Shown here: one piece after another, positions 9,211 through 19,853 of the stretch | How the letters are laid out: every line of letters starts with the position of its first letter | Numbering within the stretch: position 1 is the stretch's first letter | Assembly (NCBI RefSeq): GCF_035285525.1 | Contig: NZ_JAYKGW010000183.1 | Location: 1 to 32,000, forward strand | Direction of reading: 5' to 3' | DNA length: 32,000 bases | Origin: Okeania sp. | GTDB taxonomy: Bacteria; Cyanobacteriota; Cyanobacteriia; Cyanobacteriales; Microcoleaceae | The notes under the pieces: generated by a model | The model's database searches: none | What the model saw: only the letters and a program-made list of their open reading frames with translations | Told to the model about the DNA's origin: nothing | Translations under genes and position numbers: made by a program

Positions 9211-10113
9211 ATGGCAGTTAGGAAAGACACAATTTACGAACAATTTCTTTCACCATTGGTCAATAACTTTTTGATTGACCAAGACGCAATAAAACATTTC
9301 CGCTATAGTATAGATTGGGAGGCAGAAAGCGATCGCCTCACCAATCCTACTTTGATTTATCCAGAATATTATACCTCCAGCAATTTCCACGGTATTGAAG
9401 GAGGTTATCTAACTATAGATGCAGCAGTTACTTACGACCCGATTACCCAATATGCTTTACCTCCCAATGAAACTTGGGTGAGGGAAGCTTTGGTTGATAC
9501 AATTCAAGTTAAACCGAGACGTATACTAGATTTAGGATGTGGCACAGGTTCTACAACATTGATGCTGAAACAGAAATTTCCCCAAGCAGAAGTTACTGGT
9601 GTAGACTTATCACCTTATATGCTTATCTGTGCTGAAACTAAAGCCAAAAAAGCAGGGTTAAATATTCAGTGGCGACATGATAATGCAGAAAAAACAGGAT
9701 TTCCAGATGCTTCCTTTGATTTAGTAACAATAGCTTTATTATTCCATGAAACTCCACCAAAGGTATCAAAGAATATCTTAAAGGAAGTTTTTCGACTTTT
9801 AACAGTAGGTGGTCAAGTTATTATTCTGGATGGCAACCAAAAAACTTTACGACAAACTGAGTGGCTGACAGAAATCTTTGAGGAACCTTATATTAAGTCT
9901 TATGCTAAAGGTAATGTCGATGCTTGGTTAGGTGCTGCGGGATTTGGTCTAGTAGAAACCCAGGATATATGGTTGGTACATCAGGTTAGTAGTGGGATTA
10001 AGTCAGTGTTAGGTCAAGACTCAGGGGTTATACCAGAAGTTAATTATAATTTATCAAATAATTGGGATAATGATAGTGGTAATTTTCCGGCTCCAGCTTA
10101 TTATAGGAATTAG
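9211..10113 (+). CDS. Class I SAM-dependent methyltransferase (Methyltransf_11/UbiE-like)
   Basis: 300 aa. Motif I ILDLGCGTGSTTLML, then VTGVDLSPYML, and post-I/II motifs (FDLVTIALLFHE, GGQVIILD). Confidence 0.8.
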   Translation: MAVRKDTIYEQFLSPLVNNFLIDQDAIKHFRYSIDWEAESDRLTNPTLIYPEYYTSSNFHGIEGGYLTIDAAVTYDPITQYALPPNETWVREALVDTIQVKPRRILDLGCGTGSTTLMLKQKFPQAEVTGVDLSPYMLICAETKAKKAGLNIQWRHDNAEKTGFPDASFDLVTIALLFHETPPKVSKNILKEVFRLLTVGGQVIILDGNQKTLRQTEWLTEIFEEPYIKSYAKGNVDAWLGAAGFGLVETQDIWLVHQVSSGIKSVLGQDSGVIPEVNYNLSNNWDNDSGNFPAPAYYRN

Positions 10114-10238
10114 CGTTTACAAATACAGCATATTTCGGAGTAGAGTTAAAAAAACTATTGCAACCTAGTTTTAACCACTATATTTAGGGTTGCTGCCTAA
10201 GTTCTAAATTATTTAGGTAGAGTTGTTTTTCTTATTTT

Positions 10239-10304
10239 CTACTCCCTACTCCCTACTCCCTACTCCCTACTCCCTACTCCCTACTCCCTACTCCCTACTC
10301 CCTA
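10239..10304. repeat. STRR-like heptamer array (ACTCCCT)x9
   Basis: Nine perfect tandem copies from 10241 to 10303, just upstream of the HAD hydrolase start codon. Confidence 0.95.
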
Positions 10305-10320
10305 AAAACTAATAATTGAA

Positions 10321-11013
10321 ATGACTTTGAAAGCTGTTTTATTCGATTTTAATGGTGTAATTATTAACGATGAATTTCTGCATGAAAAATTAATAGAGCA
10401 AGTGCTACTTGAAGAAAATTTGTTGCTTAAACCAGGAGAATATCAGAAATTTTGTTTAGGAAAAAATGATCGTACTTGTTTGGAAGATATTTTAATCCAA
10501 AGAGGTAGATATGTGAAAGAAGAATACTTAGAACATTTAATTAAACGCAAAACTTTAGCTTATCAAAAACAGTTAGAAAGTCTTGAAGAGTTACCAATTT
10601 ATTCAGATACCCTAGATTTTATCAATCTGGTTTCTCAAGCTAATTTGAAAATGGCTGTGGTTACTGGTTCTATCCAAAATGAAGTAGAATTAGTTTTAAA
10701 TAAAGCTAATTTAACTGATTATTTTCAGGTAATAATTGGTGGAGATCATGTCAAAGCTAGTAAACCAGAACCTGATGGTTATTTATTAGCAGTAGATATT
10801 TTAAATCAACAATATCCAGATATTAATCTCCAGCCTTCAGAATGTTTAGTAATTGAGGATACTTTTCCAGGTATTGAAGCTGCTAAAAGAGCAGGAATGT
10901 CTGTGGTTGGAGTTGCTCATACTTATCCTTTTCATATGCTCCAACGTTTGGCTAATTGGTGTGTTGATTATCTTACTGATTTAGAATTAGACAGAATACA
11001 AGAGGATAATTAA
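10321..11013 (+). CDS. HAD-IA family hydrolase (beta-phosphoglucomutase / CbbY-like phosphatase)
   Basis: 230 aa. Motif I AVLFDFNGVI, motif II VVTGS, and the K...(E)DT..GIEAAKRAGM motif III/IV arrangement. Confidence 0.85.
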   Translation: MTLKAVLFDFNGVIINDEFLHEKLIEQVLLEENLLLKPGEYQKFCLGKNDRTCLEDILIQRGRYVKEEYLEHLIKRKTLAYQKQLESLEELPIYSDTLDFINLVSQANLKMAVVTGSIQNEVELVLNKANLTDYFQVIIGGDHVKASKPEPDGYLLAVDILNQQYPDINLQPSECLVIEDTFPGIEAAKRAGMSVVGVAHTYPFHMLQRLANWCVDYLTDLELDRIQEDN

Positions 11014-12283
11014 TAATGGATAATGGATAATAGATAATTAACTGGACAATATAAAGTTCTTCTAAAAAACTATTTCAGTATCTACAGCTCTGACTAGAGA
11101 GTGTCTAAATTTAGTATCACTGAAACCGTCATTTTTTCAAGCTTGGTAATTAATAATGGATAATTGATAATAAGAATTATTTTTATTATCATATTATTTG
11201 TTAATTTTTTGTATAAAAAACTACTTTTTTTGTGCAAAAATTAGGAAGATTTCTACTGCTTAATTACCTGATAGGCAGATTAAATCTAAAAGTATTTACA
11301 AGTAAAGATTTTAGCCTTTTTATAGTCTTTGAAAAGTACCAAATTTTCAATTCACTTAACCCTTAAAAAGTGAGTATTTTGGTGTGATAGCAATTCCCAT
11401 GCATTATTGCTATACTTGAGGAATACTTCAGTCATCAAATAATTAACACAAACCAAATCATTTTTTGCCAATTTTAGCTAAGTTAATGTGAATTTTTCTG
11501 ATGTTTACTTCTCCCCCACTCCCTTACTCCCCTACTCCCCTGCTCAATCAAATCTAGAAAACTTTTTGAGAAATGGTATAACTATGGCAGAAAAATCAAG
11601 GAACAATGAAATTTTCCCCTACTTTTTCTGTCTTCTCCACTTTCCCCACTCCCCACGCTATAGTTTGCTGAAAAAGCAAACCCTAATTAGGACTTGCTGA
11701 TTAAATATTAAAGTCTTTCACAATTTTTATCACTACTTCCTCTATAAATCCCTATTCTGCTTAACTCTTCACTACTCCCTACTCCCTACCTTCACAACAA
11801 GACTTTTTCAGCAAACCCTAAGTAGGGTTAGCGTATGGAAATATGAAACCATTGACAGATAAAGTTTTTAGCAATTTTATGCCTGGAAAAAGTATCAGCT
11901 TTTAGGTCAAAAAGGTGAAAAAAGTTAGGAGAAAAAGTTTAGTAGGACAGAAAAATTAAGAGACAATTATTCCAGCTAATTCCTTTATAACTGCCATTCC
12001 TCCTGGATTTCAGCATTGCTGGATTCTGGCTCCTCCCCACTACTAAAAAACTTTTTCAGTAAACTCTAAGTAAAGAAACACATCAATTTGTAAAGATATT
12101 CGTAATGATTGTAACTTATTATGTGTAAGTTCCCCTTGTATTAGCAGGTTTAAGTTATTATTGATTGATAAATATAAAAGAATGGTTAAGAAAACTAAAA
12201 ATTAGGAAAATATGTGTCTAAGGATACGTCCTAATTATCATTCTTGAATAATCCTCTAAATAAAGACGGATATAAAACTTATC

Positions 12284-12529
12284 ATGGAGATTCTTATGAC
12301 TCCCACAATGTTACGTCAACTTTGGTCTGTAGTAGAAAGCTCTCAAGCTACAACATTAGTATCACTGGATGATGCCACCTTAGTTCAGTGGTTAGTCAAA
12401 CAGTTGAAAAGAAAAAGTACCCTAAATGGTAGGGAAGCAGATGTAATTAATGAATATATCGAATCTCGGTTATCCCTAATTAGGGATTTAGCTGAGGAAC
12501 GGTTGGGAAGTGAACCTTTACTGACCTAA
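12284..12529 (+). CDS. Small hypothetical protein (81 aa; start may be the internal ATG at 12296)
   Basis: Non-repetitive ORF with normal amino-acid composition inside an otherwise repeat-filled spacer. No family recognised. Confidence 0.45.
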   Translation: MEILMTPTMLRQLWSVVESSQATTLVSLDDATLVQWLVKQLKRKSTLNGREADVINEYIESRLSLIRDLAEERLGSEPLLT

Positions 12530-12783
12530 GAAACAGATTAAATGGGTCTTAGCAACTCAGAAGTTATGACTTCTGTCCTTTTGGGATGGAACAGATTAAG
12601 CTGTTTAAATGCAAAACAGTGAATTAGTATTTTTTACTATTAGGTCTAAATTTAAAATTAAAATCGAAAATCTAAACTATTTAGATAGAGAAGAAAAAAA
12701 GTTTTTGCTTGAGAAGTTCTAGCTTAAGACTATGCTAATTTTTAGTAGATCACTTTTTTCAAAATTAATAAAAAGAAAAAACT

Positions 12784-13854
12784 ATGCAGAAATGGGGATC
12801 TATTCTAATCGCAGCTATCTTGATGGTACTACCTCTAACAGCTTGCGAAACAGAAAGTACATCAAACCAAGCAGAATCTAGCCAAGAAACTCAAGAAACA
12901 ACCAGTCGTTTAGATACTGTCAAAAGTCGCGGTAAATTAATCTGTGGTGTAGATGGTGGTATTCCTGGATTCAGTTTTGTGGACCAGAACGGTGAATACT
13001 CAGGAATAGACGTAGATGTTTGTAAAGCGGTTGCTGCTGCTTTATTTGACGATCCAAATGCTGTGGAATACCGCAACTTAGACTCAACAGAGCGTTTTAC
13101 AGCTGTTAGCGGTGGAGAAGTAGATATGCTATCTCGAAACACAACCTGGACTATTAGTCGAGATACCAGTGTTGGCCTAGAATTTGCTCCTACTACATTC
13201 TATGATGGCCAAGGAATGATGGTTCGTGCTGATAGTGGGATTGAAAATTTAGAAGGTTTCCAAGGGAAATCAATTTGTGTTGAAGCTGGGACAACTACAG
13301 AATTAAACTTAACAGATAATCTTCGGGAAATAAATGTCGAAGCAGAAACATTAACTTTTCAACAAGCAGACCCTGCTTATGCTGCTTATGCAGAGGGACG
13401 TTGTGATGGGATGACCTCTGATAAATCTCAATTATTAGGTCGCCGTAGTACCCTACCAAATCCAGAAGAGCATATAATTTTGGGTGTTACTATGTCCAAA
13501 GAACCTCTAGGTCCAGTAACGATAAATAATGATTCTGGTTGGTTTGATGTGGTTAAATGGGTGACTTATGCTTTGATAGAAGCAGAAGAGTTAGGTATTA
13601 CTCAAGCAAATGTAGATGACTTAAAAGCAAATTCTGAGGACCCTACAATCAGACGCTTTTTAGGAGTCGAGGGAGACCTGGGTAAAGGTTTAGGTTTAAG
13701 TAATGATTTTGCCTACAGAGTAATTAAGAATGTTGGTAACTACAGTGAAGTTTACAGTCGTAGTTTAGGAGAAGAATCTCAATTTAAGTTACCTCGTGGT
13801 ATGAATGATTTATGGACTAAGGGTGGATTACTTTATTCTCCTCCTTTCCGTTAA
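12784..13854 (+). CDS. natF: Amino-acid ABC transporter substrate-binding lipoprotein, AapJ/BztA family (N-II system NatF-like)
   Basis: 356 aa. Lipobox LPLTAC. KSRGKLICGV..G.PGFS...G.Y.G.DVD.CKAVAAA.F.DP..V......ERF.A...GEVD.LSRNTTWT.SRD...GL.F..T.YDGQG and the ending ...GGLLYSPPFR match AapJ-type binding proteins. Followed by two AapQ/AapM-type permeases and the ATPase. Confidence 0.88.
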   Translation: MQKWGSILIAAILMVLPLTACETESTSNQAESSQETQETTSRLDTVKSRGKLICGVDGGIPGFSFVDQNGEYSGIDVDVCKAVAAALFDDPNAVEYRNLDSTERFTAVSGGEVDMLSRNTTWTISRDTSVGLEFAPTTFYDGQGMMVRADSGIENLEGFQGKSICVEAGTTTELNLTDNLREINVEAETLTFQQADPAYAAYAEGRCDGMTSDKSQLLGRRSTLPNPEEHIILGVTMSKEPLGPVTINNDSGWFDVVKWVTYALIEAEELGITQANVDDLKANSEDPTIRRFLGVEGDLGKGLGLSNDFAYRVIKNVGNYSEVYSRSLGEESQFKLPRGMNDLWTKGGLLYSPPFR

Positions 13855-14458
13855 TTAGCTATTAGCTTTTAATATTTCTTGACGGAATGCTCCGCAAACA
13901 GCCATCAGTATTTTAGCATTTTTGGATTGATTCGACAATTCTATAAATTAGTGCTAACTTGACCATAACTTTATAATAGCAGAGATTTGGGAAAAAATCT
14001 ATGATTTAATTTCCCAAATCTTGAAAAAATTTAGTTTCATTTATCTAGTCTCTACAAAATTCATAATGGATAATTGATAACGAAAACTATGACAATCTCT
14101 AAATAGGTTAGCTGGCAAGATTCATAACACAAATAAAATAGAGCTACTATATCTTGGAATTATCCACTCATTATTAATTATTAATTATCCATTATTAATT
14201 AGGCTTTGCGTATGGAAATCTGAAAAATATGACAGATAAAATTTTTAGTATTTTTAGGTTCTGAGAAAATGCAACTTTTTGGATAGCTCTGTTACGGTTC
14301 CCGAAAAATCAAAAAGGAGCGTATTTTGGGGAAGAGTTGATCTCAAAAAATACCCCCCATCGCCAATCCCCCTATCTTCTTAAAAAGACTTTTTCAGCAA
14401 GTTCTAATTATTAATTATTAATTATCCATTATTAATTATTCCCTACTCTCTAAAAAAA

Positions 14459-15625
14459 ATGATTCACGAGAAAAATCAAAAAATTCCTCTATGGCGAGAT
14501 GAGAGATTTTGGCGTATTGCCCTGCAAGTTCTTGTCATAGTAATTTTGGTTGGGGTAGCAGCTATAATGATTAGCAACCTCAGCCGTAATTTAGCACAAC
14601 AAGGTACAAAGTTTGGCTTTAGTTTCCTAAATAATGAAGCAGGATTTAGTATTAGTGAAAGTTTGATTCCTTACGCACCGAAAGACCCTTATAATCAAGT
14701 TTTATTAGCAGGTTTAGTTAATTCTCTGCGAGTCATGATTTTAGGAATTTTCTTCACCACAATAGTGGGAATATTAGCAGGAATTGCTAGTTTTTCTGAG
14801 AATTGGTTACTCCGAAATTTGAATCTAATTTATGTGGAAGTTGTCAGAAATACTCCTTTATTATTGCAGTTATTTTTCTGGTATTTTGCGGTTTTTTTCA
14901 CTTTGCCAAGACCACAAGAAAAATTAGAATTACCCGGACCGATATTTATGAGTAAACGAGGAATTGCTATTCCTTGGCCGGAAAATAATTTGAATGTTTG
15001 GTTATGGTTAATAGTTTTAGTTATAGGAGCGATCGCTGCAATTTTTATTTGGCAATGGCGGAATAAATTAATGACAGAAAAAGCAGCGTCTGGTCAACCA
15101 CAAAATATAGCTTTAATTAGTATGGGAATTATTGCCATATTTATTATTATATTTGGATTAGGTTGGCAAGCACCTAGAGTAACAAATGCTGGAGGAACAG
15201 AAGGGGGATTAAATTTAACTTTAGAACTTTCAGCTTTATTGGTAGGATTGGTATTTTATACAGGAGCTTTTATTGCCGAAATTGTTCGTTCTGGTATTCA
15301 AGCAGTACCGAAAGGGCAATGGGAAGCAGCGAGGTCTTTAGGATTAAAGTCTGGTTTAGTAATGAGATTGGTGATTTTTCCTCAAGCATTACGAGTGATG
15401 ATTCCACCATTAAATAGTCAATATATGAACTTAGCAAAAAATTCTAGTTTAGCAATAGCTATTGGTTATCCAGATTTGTATGCTGTGGCGAATACTACTT
15501 ATAATCAATCAGGTCGTCCAATAGAAGTATTTATCATTTTAATGGTAGTTTATCTTACCATCAATTTGATAATTTCATTGTCTATGAATTTCTTGAATAA
15601 AACTGTTCAATTAAGAGAAAGATAA
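14459..15625 (+). CDS. natG: Amino-acid ABC transporter permease, AapQ/BztB family (NatG-like)
   Basis: 388 aa, polytopic. The EAA-loop region is AFIAEIVRSGIQAVPKGQWEAARSLGL. Confidence 0.88.
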   Translation: MIHEKNQKIPLWRDERFWRIALQVLVIVILVGVAAIMISNLSRNLAQQGTKFGFSFLNNEAGFSISESLIPYAPKDPYNQVLLAGLVNSLRVMILGIFFTTIVGILAGIASFSENWLLRNLNLIYVEVVRNTPLLLQLFFWYFAVFFTLPRPQEKLELPGPIFMSKRGIAIPWPENNLNVWLWLIVLVIGAIAAIFIWQWRNKLMTEKAASGQPQNIALISMGIIAIFIIIFGLGWQAPRVTNAGGTEGGLNLTLELSALLVGLVFYTGAFIAEIVRSGIQAVPKGQWEAARSLGLKSGLVMRLVIFPQALRVMIPPLNSQYMNLAKNSSLAIAIGYPDLYAVANTTYNQSGRPIEVFIILMVVYLTINLIISLSMNFLNKTVQLRER

Positions 15626-16324
15626 TATCAGTTATTAGTACCTCCTACTGAACGAACTAGGAGGCTTGAAAATACAGAATATTCTTTTTTTATTCTCTTG
15701 AAACTAAAGTTTGAGGCTGAGTTGATAAACTAAAAAATCTTCGGGGTTGGTGAATCAAGCTATGAAAGTTAAACTTAGCTAAATATATAATAACTTTTCT
15801 GTTAAGAGTTAGCCGATGAGTATTAATAAACAATTCACAATCATAGCCAAAAACACCAATGCCAAATCTTCTTATCATAGAAGTTAAAGTTAACAATCCT
15901 AGGGGCGGGTTTCTCAGTTAAGTTAACGAGCTTTTCACATACATTTAGTTAGATAAGCCCCCCTAATTAGGGTTTACTAAAAAAAACAAAATGTAGGGAG
16001 AGTGAGAGCTTTGAAGCCCACCCCTAACCCCTCCCAGGAGGGGAAAACAGAGTCAAGTAGAACGAATAATTTTTCCTAATTTTTTCTGTCTCGTATTATC
16101 CCAAAATTATCAATTTTTGAGGGTAAGTTAATTGAAACAGGCACACTTTTTTCAATTATAAAAAGGCTAAAAATTTTATTGAATAGTGCTTTGAGATTTA
16201 ATCAGTAATTCCTAATTCTTAAGAACTATATTTCATGTACTGAGAATCTACTGTATCTATACATTTTTTCCTTTTTTTTTGAACATTTATTTACTTCTTC
16301 CTTCTTCCTTCTTACTTCTATAAT

Positions 16325-17536
16325 ATGAAAATAATAAATACAACTAAATCTTCAGCTCCACCATTTGCCGAAACTAATTCTCTAGAATGGCTGAGAAAAA
16401 ATTTTTTTAGTTCTTGGTACAATACCTTAATCACTTTAATATTATTCAGCGTAATTATTTCGGCAATAACTAACTTTATTTCCTGGGCAACAACTCAAGC
16501 AGAATGGCAAGTAATTGATACTAACTTACCATTATTAATGGTAGGTAGATATCCCAGAGATCAATATTGGCGAATCTGGGTAATAGTTGGCATAATTTCT
16601 AGTTTCTCTGGTTTTTCTTGGGGAATTATTGCCAGAAAAGCAACTACATTATTTACATTACCAATATTAATTTTTATCGCCTTTTTACCCGCTATTCTAT
16701 TATTAATCCCTGTAGATATACCATTTAAAATATTGCTAGTGGGAATGGTAATTTTACTTATTGTTGCTGCCTGGATAGGCAAACAATTAGGCAGAAAAAA
16801 TAATAACTTAGGTAAATATTTATCCTTGGCTTGGTTTATTGCTTTAATATTAATTCTCTGGTTAATTGGAGGTGGATTAGGATTAAAATCTGTATCTACA
16901 AATGACTGGGGTGGTTTAATGCTAACTATATTAACTTCTGTAGTTAGCATTTTATTATCTTTTCCATTAGGAGTTTTATTGGCTTTAGGTAGACAAAGCA
17001 AATTGCCAGTAATTAGAATATTTTCTATTGGTTATATTGAAATTATTAGGGGATTACCTTTAATTTCAATTCTGTTTATGGGGCAAATAATGATTCCTCT
17101 ATTCTTGCCAGATGGAATGAGACCCGATAGAATTTTACGAGCAATTTTAGGATTAACTTTGTTTAGTTCCGCTTATTTAGCAGAAAATATTAGGGGTGGT
17201 TTACAAGCTGTACCTAGAGGTCAAAGTGAAGCGGCAAAAGCATTAGGTTTAAATACTCCATTGAGTGTGGGATTAATTGTTTTACCTCAAGCTTTAAAAG
17301 TAGCTATTCCATCAATTGTTGGTCAATTTATTAGTCTATTTCAAGATACAACTTTATTATCAATTGTCGGATTAGTAGAATTGTTAGGTATTAGTCGTTC
17401 GGTTTTAGCTCAACCTCAATTTTTAGGAGATTATGCAGAAGTTTATTTATTTGATGGTGTACTTTTTTGGATTATTTGTTATGCTATGTCAGTCGGTAGT
17501 CGGCAGTTAGAGAAAAAGTTAAATACTACTCATTAA
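16325..17536 (+). CDS. natH: Amino-acid ABC transporter permease, AapM/BztC family (NatH-like)
   Basis: 403 aa, polytopic. The EAA loop is AYLAENIRGGLQAVPRGQSEAAKALGL. Confidence 0.88.
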   Translation: MKIINTTKSSAPPFAETNSLEWLRKNFFSSWYNTLITLILFSVIISAITNFISWATTQAEWQVIDTNLPLLMVGRYPRDQYWRIWVIVGIISSFSGFSWGIIARKATTLFTLPILIFIAFLPAILLLIPVDIPFKILLVGMVILLIVAAWIGKQLGRKNNNLGKYLSLAWFIALILILWLIGGGLGLKSVSTNDWGGLMLTILTSVVSILLSFPLGVLLALGRQSKLPVIRIFSIGYIEIIRGLPLISILFMGQIMIPLFLPDGMRPDRILRAILGLTLFSSAYLAENIRGGLQAVPRGQSEAAKALGLNTPLSVGLIVLPQALKVAIPSIVGQFISLFQDTTLLSIVGLVELLGISRSVLAQPQFLGDYAEVYLFDGVLFWIICYAMSVGSRQLEKKLNTTH

Positions 17537-17683
17537 TTAGGGAATAGGGAACAGTAAAGAAGACAAAAAAACATGAAATACTAGATTTTCATAATAATTA
17601 GTAGGTACTCAAAACAATAATTTTTATGAAAAAAATTCAATCTAGATTTACATCTCATTTGAAAATAGTATACTAACTCTAAG

Positions 17684-17853
17684 GTCAGGATTCAGCAGTC
17701 AGCTATTGCTTTTATCTCAAACTAAAAGCTTTATGATACGGTTGCTGATAAATCAGAAATTTTTCTAAGTATAAAATTATGTTTTCTAGCATATATTCGT
17801 TTAAATATCCTCCTTAAAGTTGATGTTTTTATTACTGATAGCTGAATGCTTAC
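17684..17853. mobile_element. 170-bp MITE of the same family as 1109-1298 (degenerate left TIR GTCAGGATTCAGC, right TIR GCTGAATGCTTAC), flanked by the 8-bp duplication ACTCTAAG (17676-17683 and 17854-17861)
   Basis: TIRs and TSD were read directly. The internal core ATACGGTTGCTGATAAATCAGAAA is the reverse complement of the core in the first copy. Confidence 0.7.
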
Positions 17854-17895
17854 ACTCTAAGTTATTTGTGAAAAAAACTATTTTGTAAAAGTGAA

Positions 17896-18753
17896 ATGAA
17901 AGTTAGAAAATTTGCAGAACATAAAATTATTTTGGGAGATATAATTTCTGTTTTGGATGATTGTGTAGAAGACAATAGTATTGACCTAATATTTGCTGAC
18001 CCTCCCTATAATATTGGTAAAAAATTTAATGGCAAACAAAAAAAATGGGATTCTGATGATGAGTATATAAAATGGTGTTATCAATGGCTAGATTTATGTA
18101 TGAGGAAATTAAAAAAAACAGGTAGTATTTATATTATGGCAGCAACACAATATATGCCGTATATAGATATTTACTTAAGAGATAAAATTACTATTCTTTC
18201 CCGAATTATTTGGTATTATGATAGTTCGGGAGTTCAGGCAAAAAAATATTTTGGTTCTTTATATGAACCAATTTTATTTGGAGTAAAAGATAAAAATAAT
18301 TACACCTTTAACTCTGAAGAAATAAAGGTTGAAGCTAAAACAGGTGCAGTGCGTAAATTGATTGATTATCGCCAACAAAATCCAACAGTTTATAATTCTC
18401 AAAAAGTGCCGGGAAATGTGTGGTATTTTCCTAGAGTGAGATATAAAATGGCTGAGTATAGAAATCATCCAACTCAAAAACCAGAAGCTTTATTAGAAAG
18501 AATTATTAAAGCAAGTAGTCATCCTGACGATGTGATTCTAGATTTATTTGCTGGAACTTTTACCACTTCTGTAGTTGCTCAAAGATTGGGAAGGAAATCT
18601 ATCAGTATAGAAATAGAAGAAGAATATGTAAAATTAGGATTAGAAAGATTGAATTTTGTTTCTGATTTATCGGGAACCGTAAATCAAAGTAATCATGCTA
18701 TTTTAAACGGTCGAGATATTCAATTAACTTTAAACCTAAATATAGGTGATTAA
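17896..18753 (+). CDS. Type II DNA methyltransferase, beta-class N6A/N4C (N6_N4_Mtase family)
   Basis: 285 aa. Motif IV FADPPYN lies near the N-terminus, HPTQKPEALLERII follows, and motif I VILDLFAGTFTT lies near the C-terminus. This is the circular-permuted beta order. The stop TAA abuts the ATG of the next gene. Confidence 0.9.
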   Translation: MKVRKFAEHKIILGDIISVLDDCVEDNSIDLIFADPPYNIGKKFNGKQKKWDSDDEYIKWCYQWLDLCMRKLKKTGSIYIMAATQYMPYIDIYLRDKITILSRIIWYYDSSGVQAKKYFGSLYEPILFGVKDKNNYTFNSEEIKVEAKTGAVRKLIDYRQQNPTVYNSQKVPGNVWYFPRVRYKMAEYRNHPTQKPEALLERIIKASSHPDDVILDLFAGTFTTSVVAQRLGRKSISIEIEEEYVKLGLERLNFVSDLSGTVNQSNHAILNGRDIQLTLNLNIGD

Positions 18754-19853
18754 ATGGAACATGAATTTACAAAAGTAATCAAGAATGCTTTGAAAGATAC
18801 TTATGGAAATAAATCAGAATTAATATACTCAATTTCTCCTATTTTACAATATATTAACCTGAAAACTAGAGCTGCTAATCGAGGCTCAAAAGCTAGAAGT
18901 TCTTTTGGAAACCTATATGCTATTTATGTCTTAGTTGAAGATTATCTGCAAAAGGGTTTTGACGACAATGGTAAATATATTTCCTATGAAGGTAGCAAAT
19001 ATTCTCAACTTTTATGCAGACAAAGGAAATTACCTTTTGGTCAAAAATTACAAAATCATGCCTTAAACCATAGACTAAACCAAGAGTTTAAAAAATATTT
19101 CCCAACTTGTGATTATGTTCCAGTTATTAGAGAGACTTCAAACAATAGATATTGGTTCAATGAAAATCTACTATTTTGTATAATTGAAGAACAAACTTAT
19201 AATCTAGCTAAAATCATTATTGAAATAATTGAGATGTATATTTCTACAAAAACAAATGCTTTTGAAGACTTCATTAAATCTTGCCAGCCAATAAGTCAAT
19301 TAACAGAAGTAAATCCCAATGAAGCTGTTGATTTTATTGTTAAACTTCTACAACCAAATATAGATGCAAGATTGTTTGAAATTGTTAGCTATAGCATTTT
19401 GAAATATTATTACTATAAACAGACTGTATTTTTTGGTTTTGATCTACAAGATATACAACAAGAAAACTTGAAATTATACAAAACAGGGCGAACTAATGCC
19501 AATGATGGGGGCGTAGATTTTGTAATGAAGTCATTAGGTAGATTTTTTCAAGTTACAGAAACAACGGATTTCAAAAAGTCCTTTTTAGATATTGATAAAA
19601 TAGAAAAAGATCCCTATATTTCATTAAGTCTACGGAAAGTAAGGATAAATTACTTGAAAAAATTAGAAAAAATTCACAAAAGCAATACTCTGTAAATCTA
19701 ATAGTTGAGAAATATATGAACTGCATAGAAGAAATCATCAATTTGCCAACCATCATAGAACGTTTTTACCAGAATGTAGAAATAGGATATTTAAGTAATA
19801 TATTGGAAGAAGTAATTAAGCAGAGCCAAATAGAATTTAACTATGAAGTATAA
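18754..19853 (+). pseudogene. Cognate type II restriction endonuclease (family not identified), apparently frameshifted near 19600-19625
   Basis: Frame A stops at 19695. The -1 frame is open from ~19603 to TAA 19851-19853 (..LYFIKSTESKDKLLEKIRKNSQKQYSVNLIVEKYMNCIEEIINLPTIIERFYQNVEIGYLSNILEEVIKQSQIEFNYEV*), which is about 83 stop-free codons in AT-rich DNA. A PD-(D/E)XK-like segment is NANDGGVDFVM...FFQVTET..K. Confidence 0.55.

Noticed and set aside
11488-11700. 70-aa ORF in the long spacer.
   Set aside because: It is composed of degenerate heptamer repeat (..PTPLLPYSP.., ..HFPHSPRYS..) and dispersed-repeat sequence. It has a low-complexity translation and no SD.
15690-15896. 68-aa minus-strand ORF between natG and natH.
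   Set aside because: It lies in repeat-rich spacer, has no recognisable family and no SD, and is adjacent to a short palindromic element (TAGGGGCGGG...CCCCCCTAA, 15899-15966). It is kept as unsupported rather than called.
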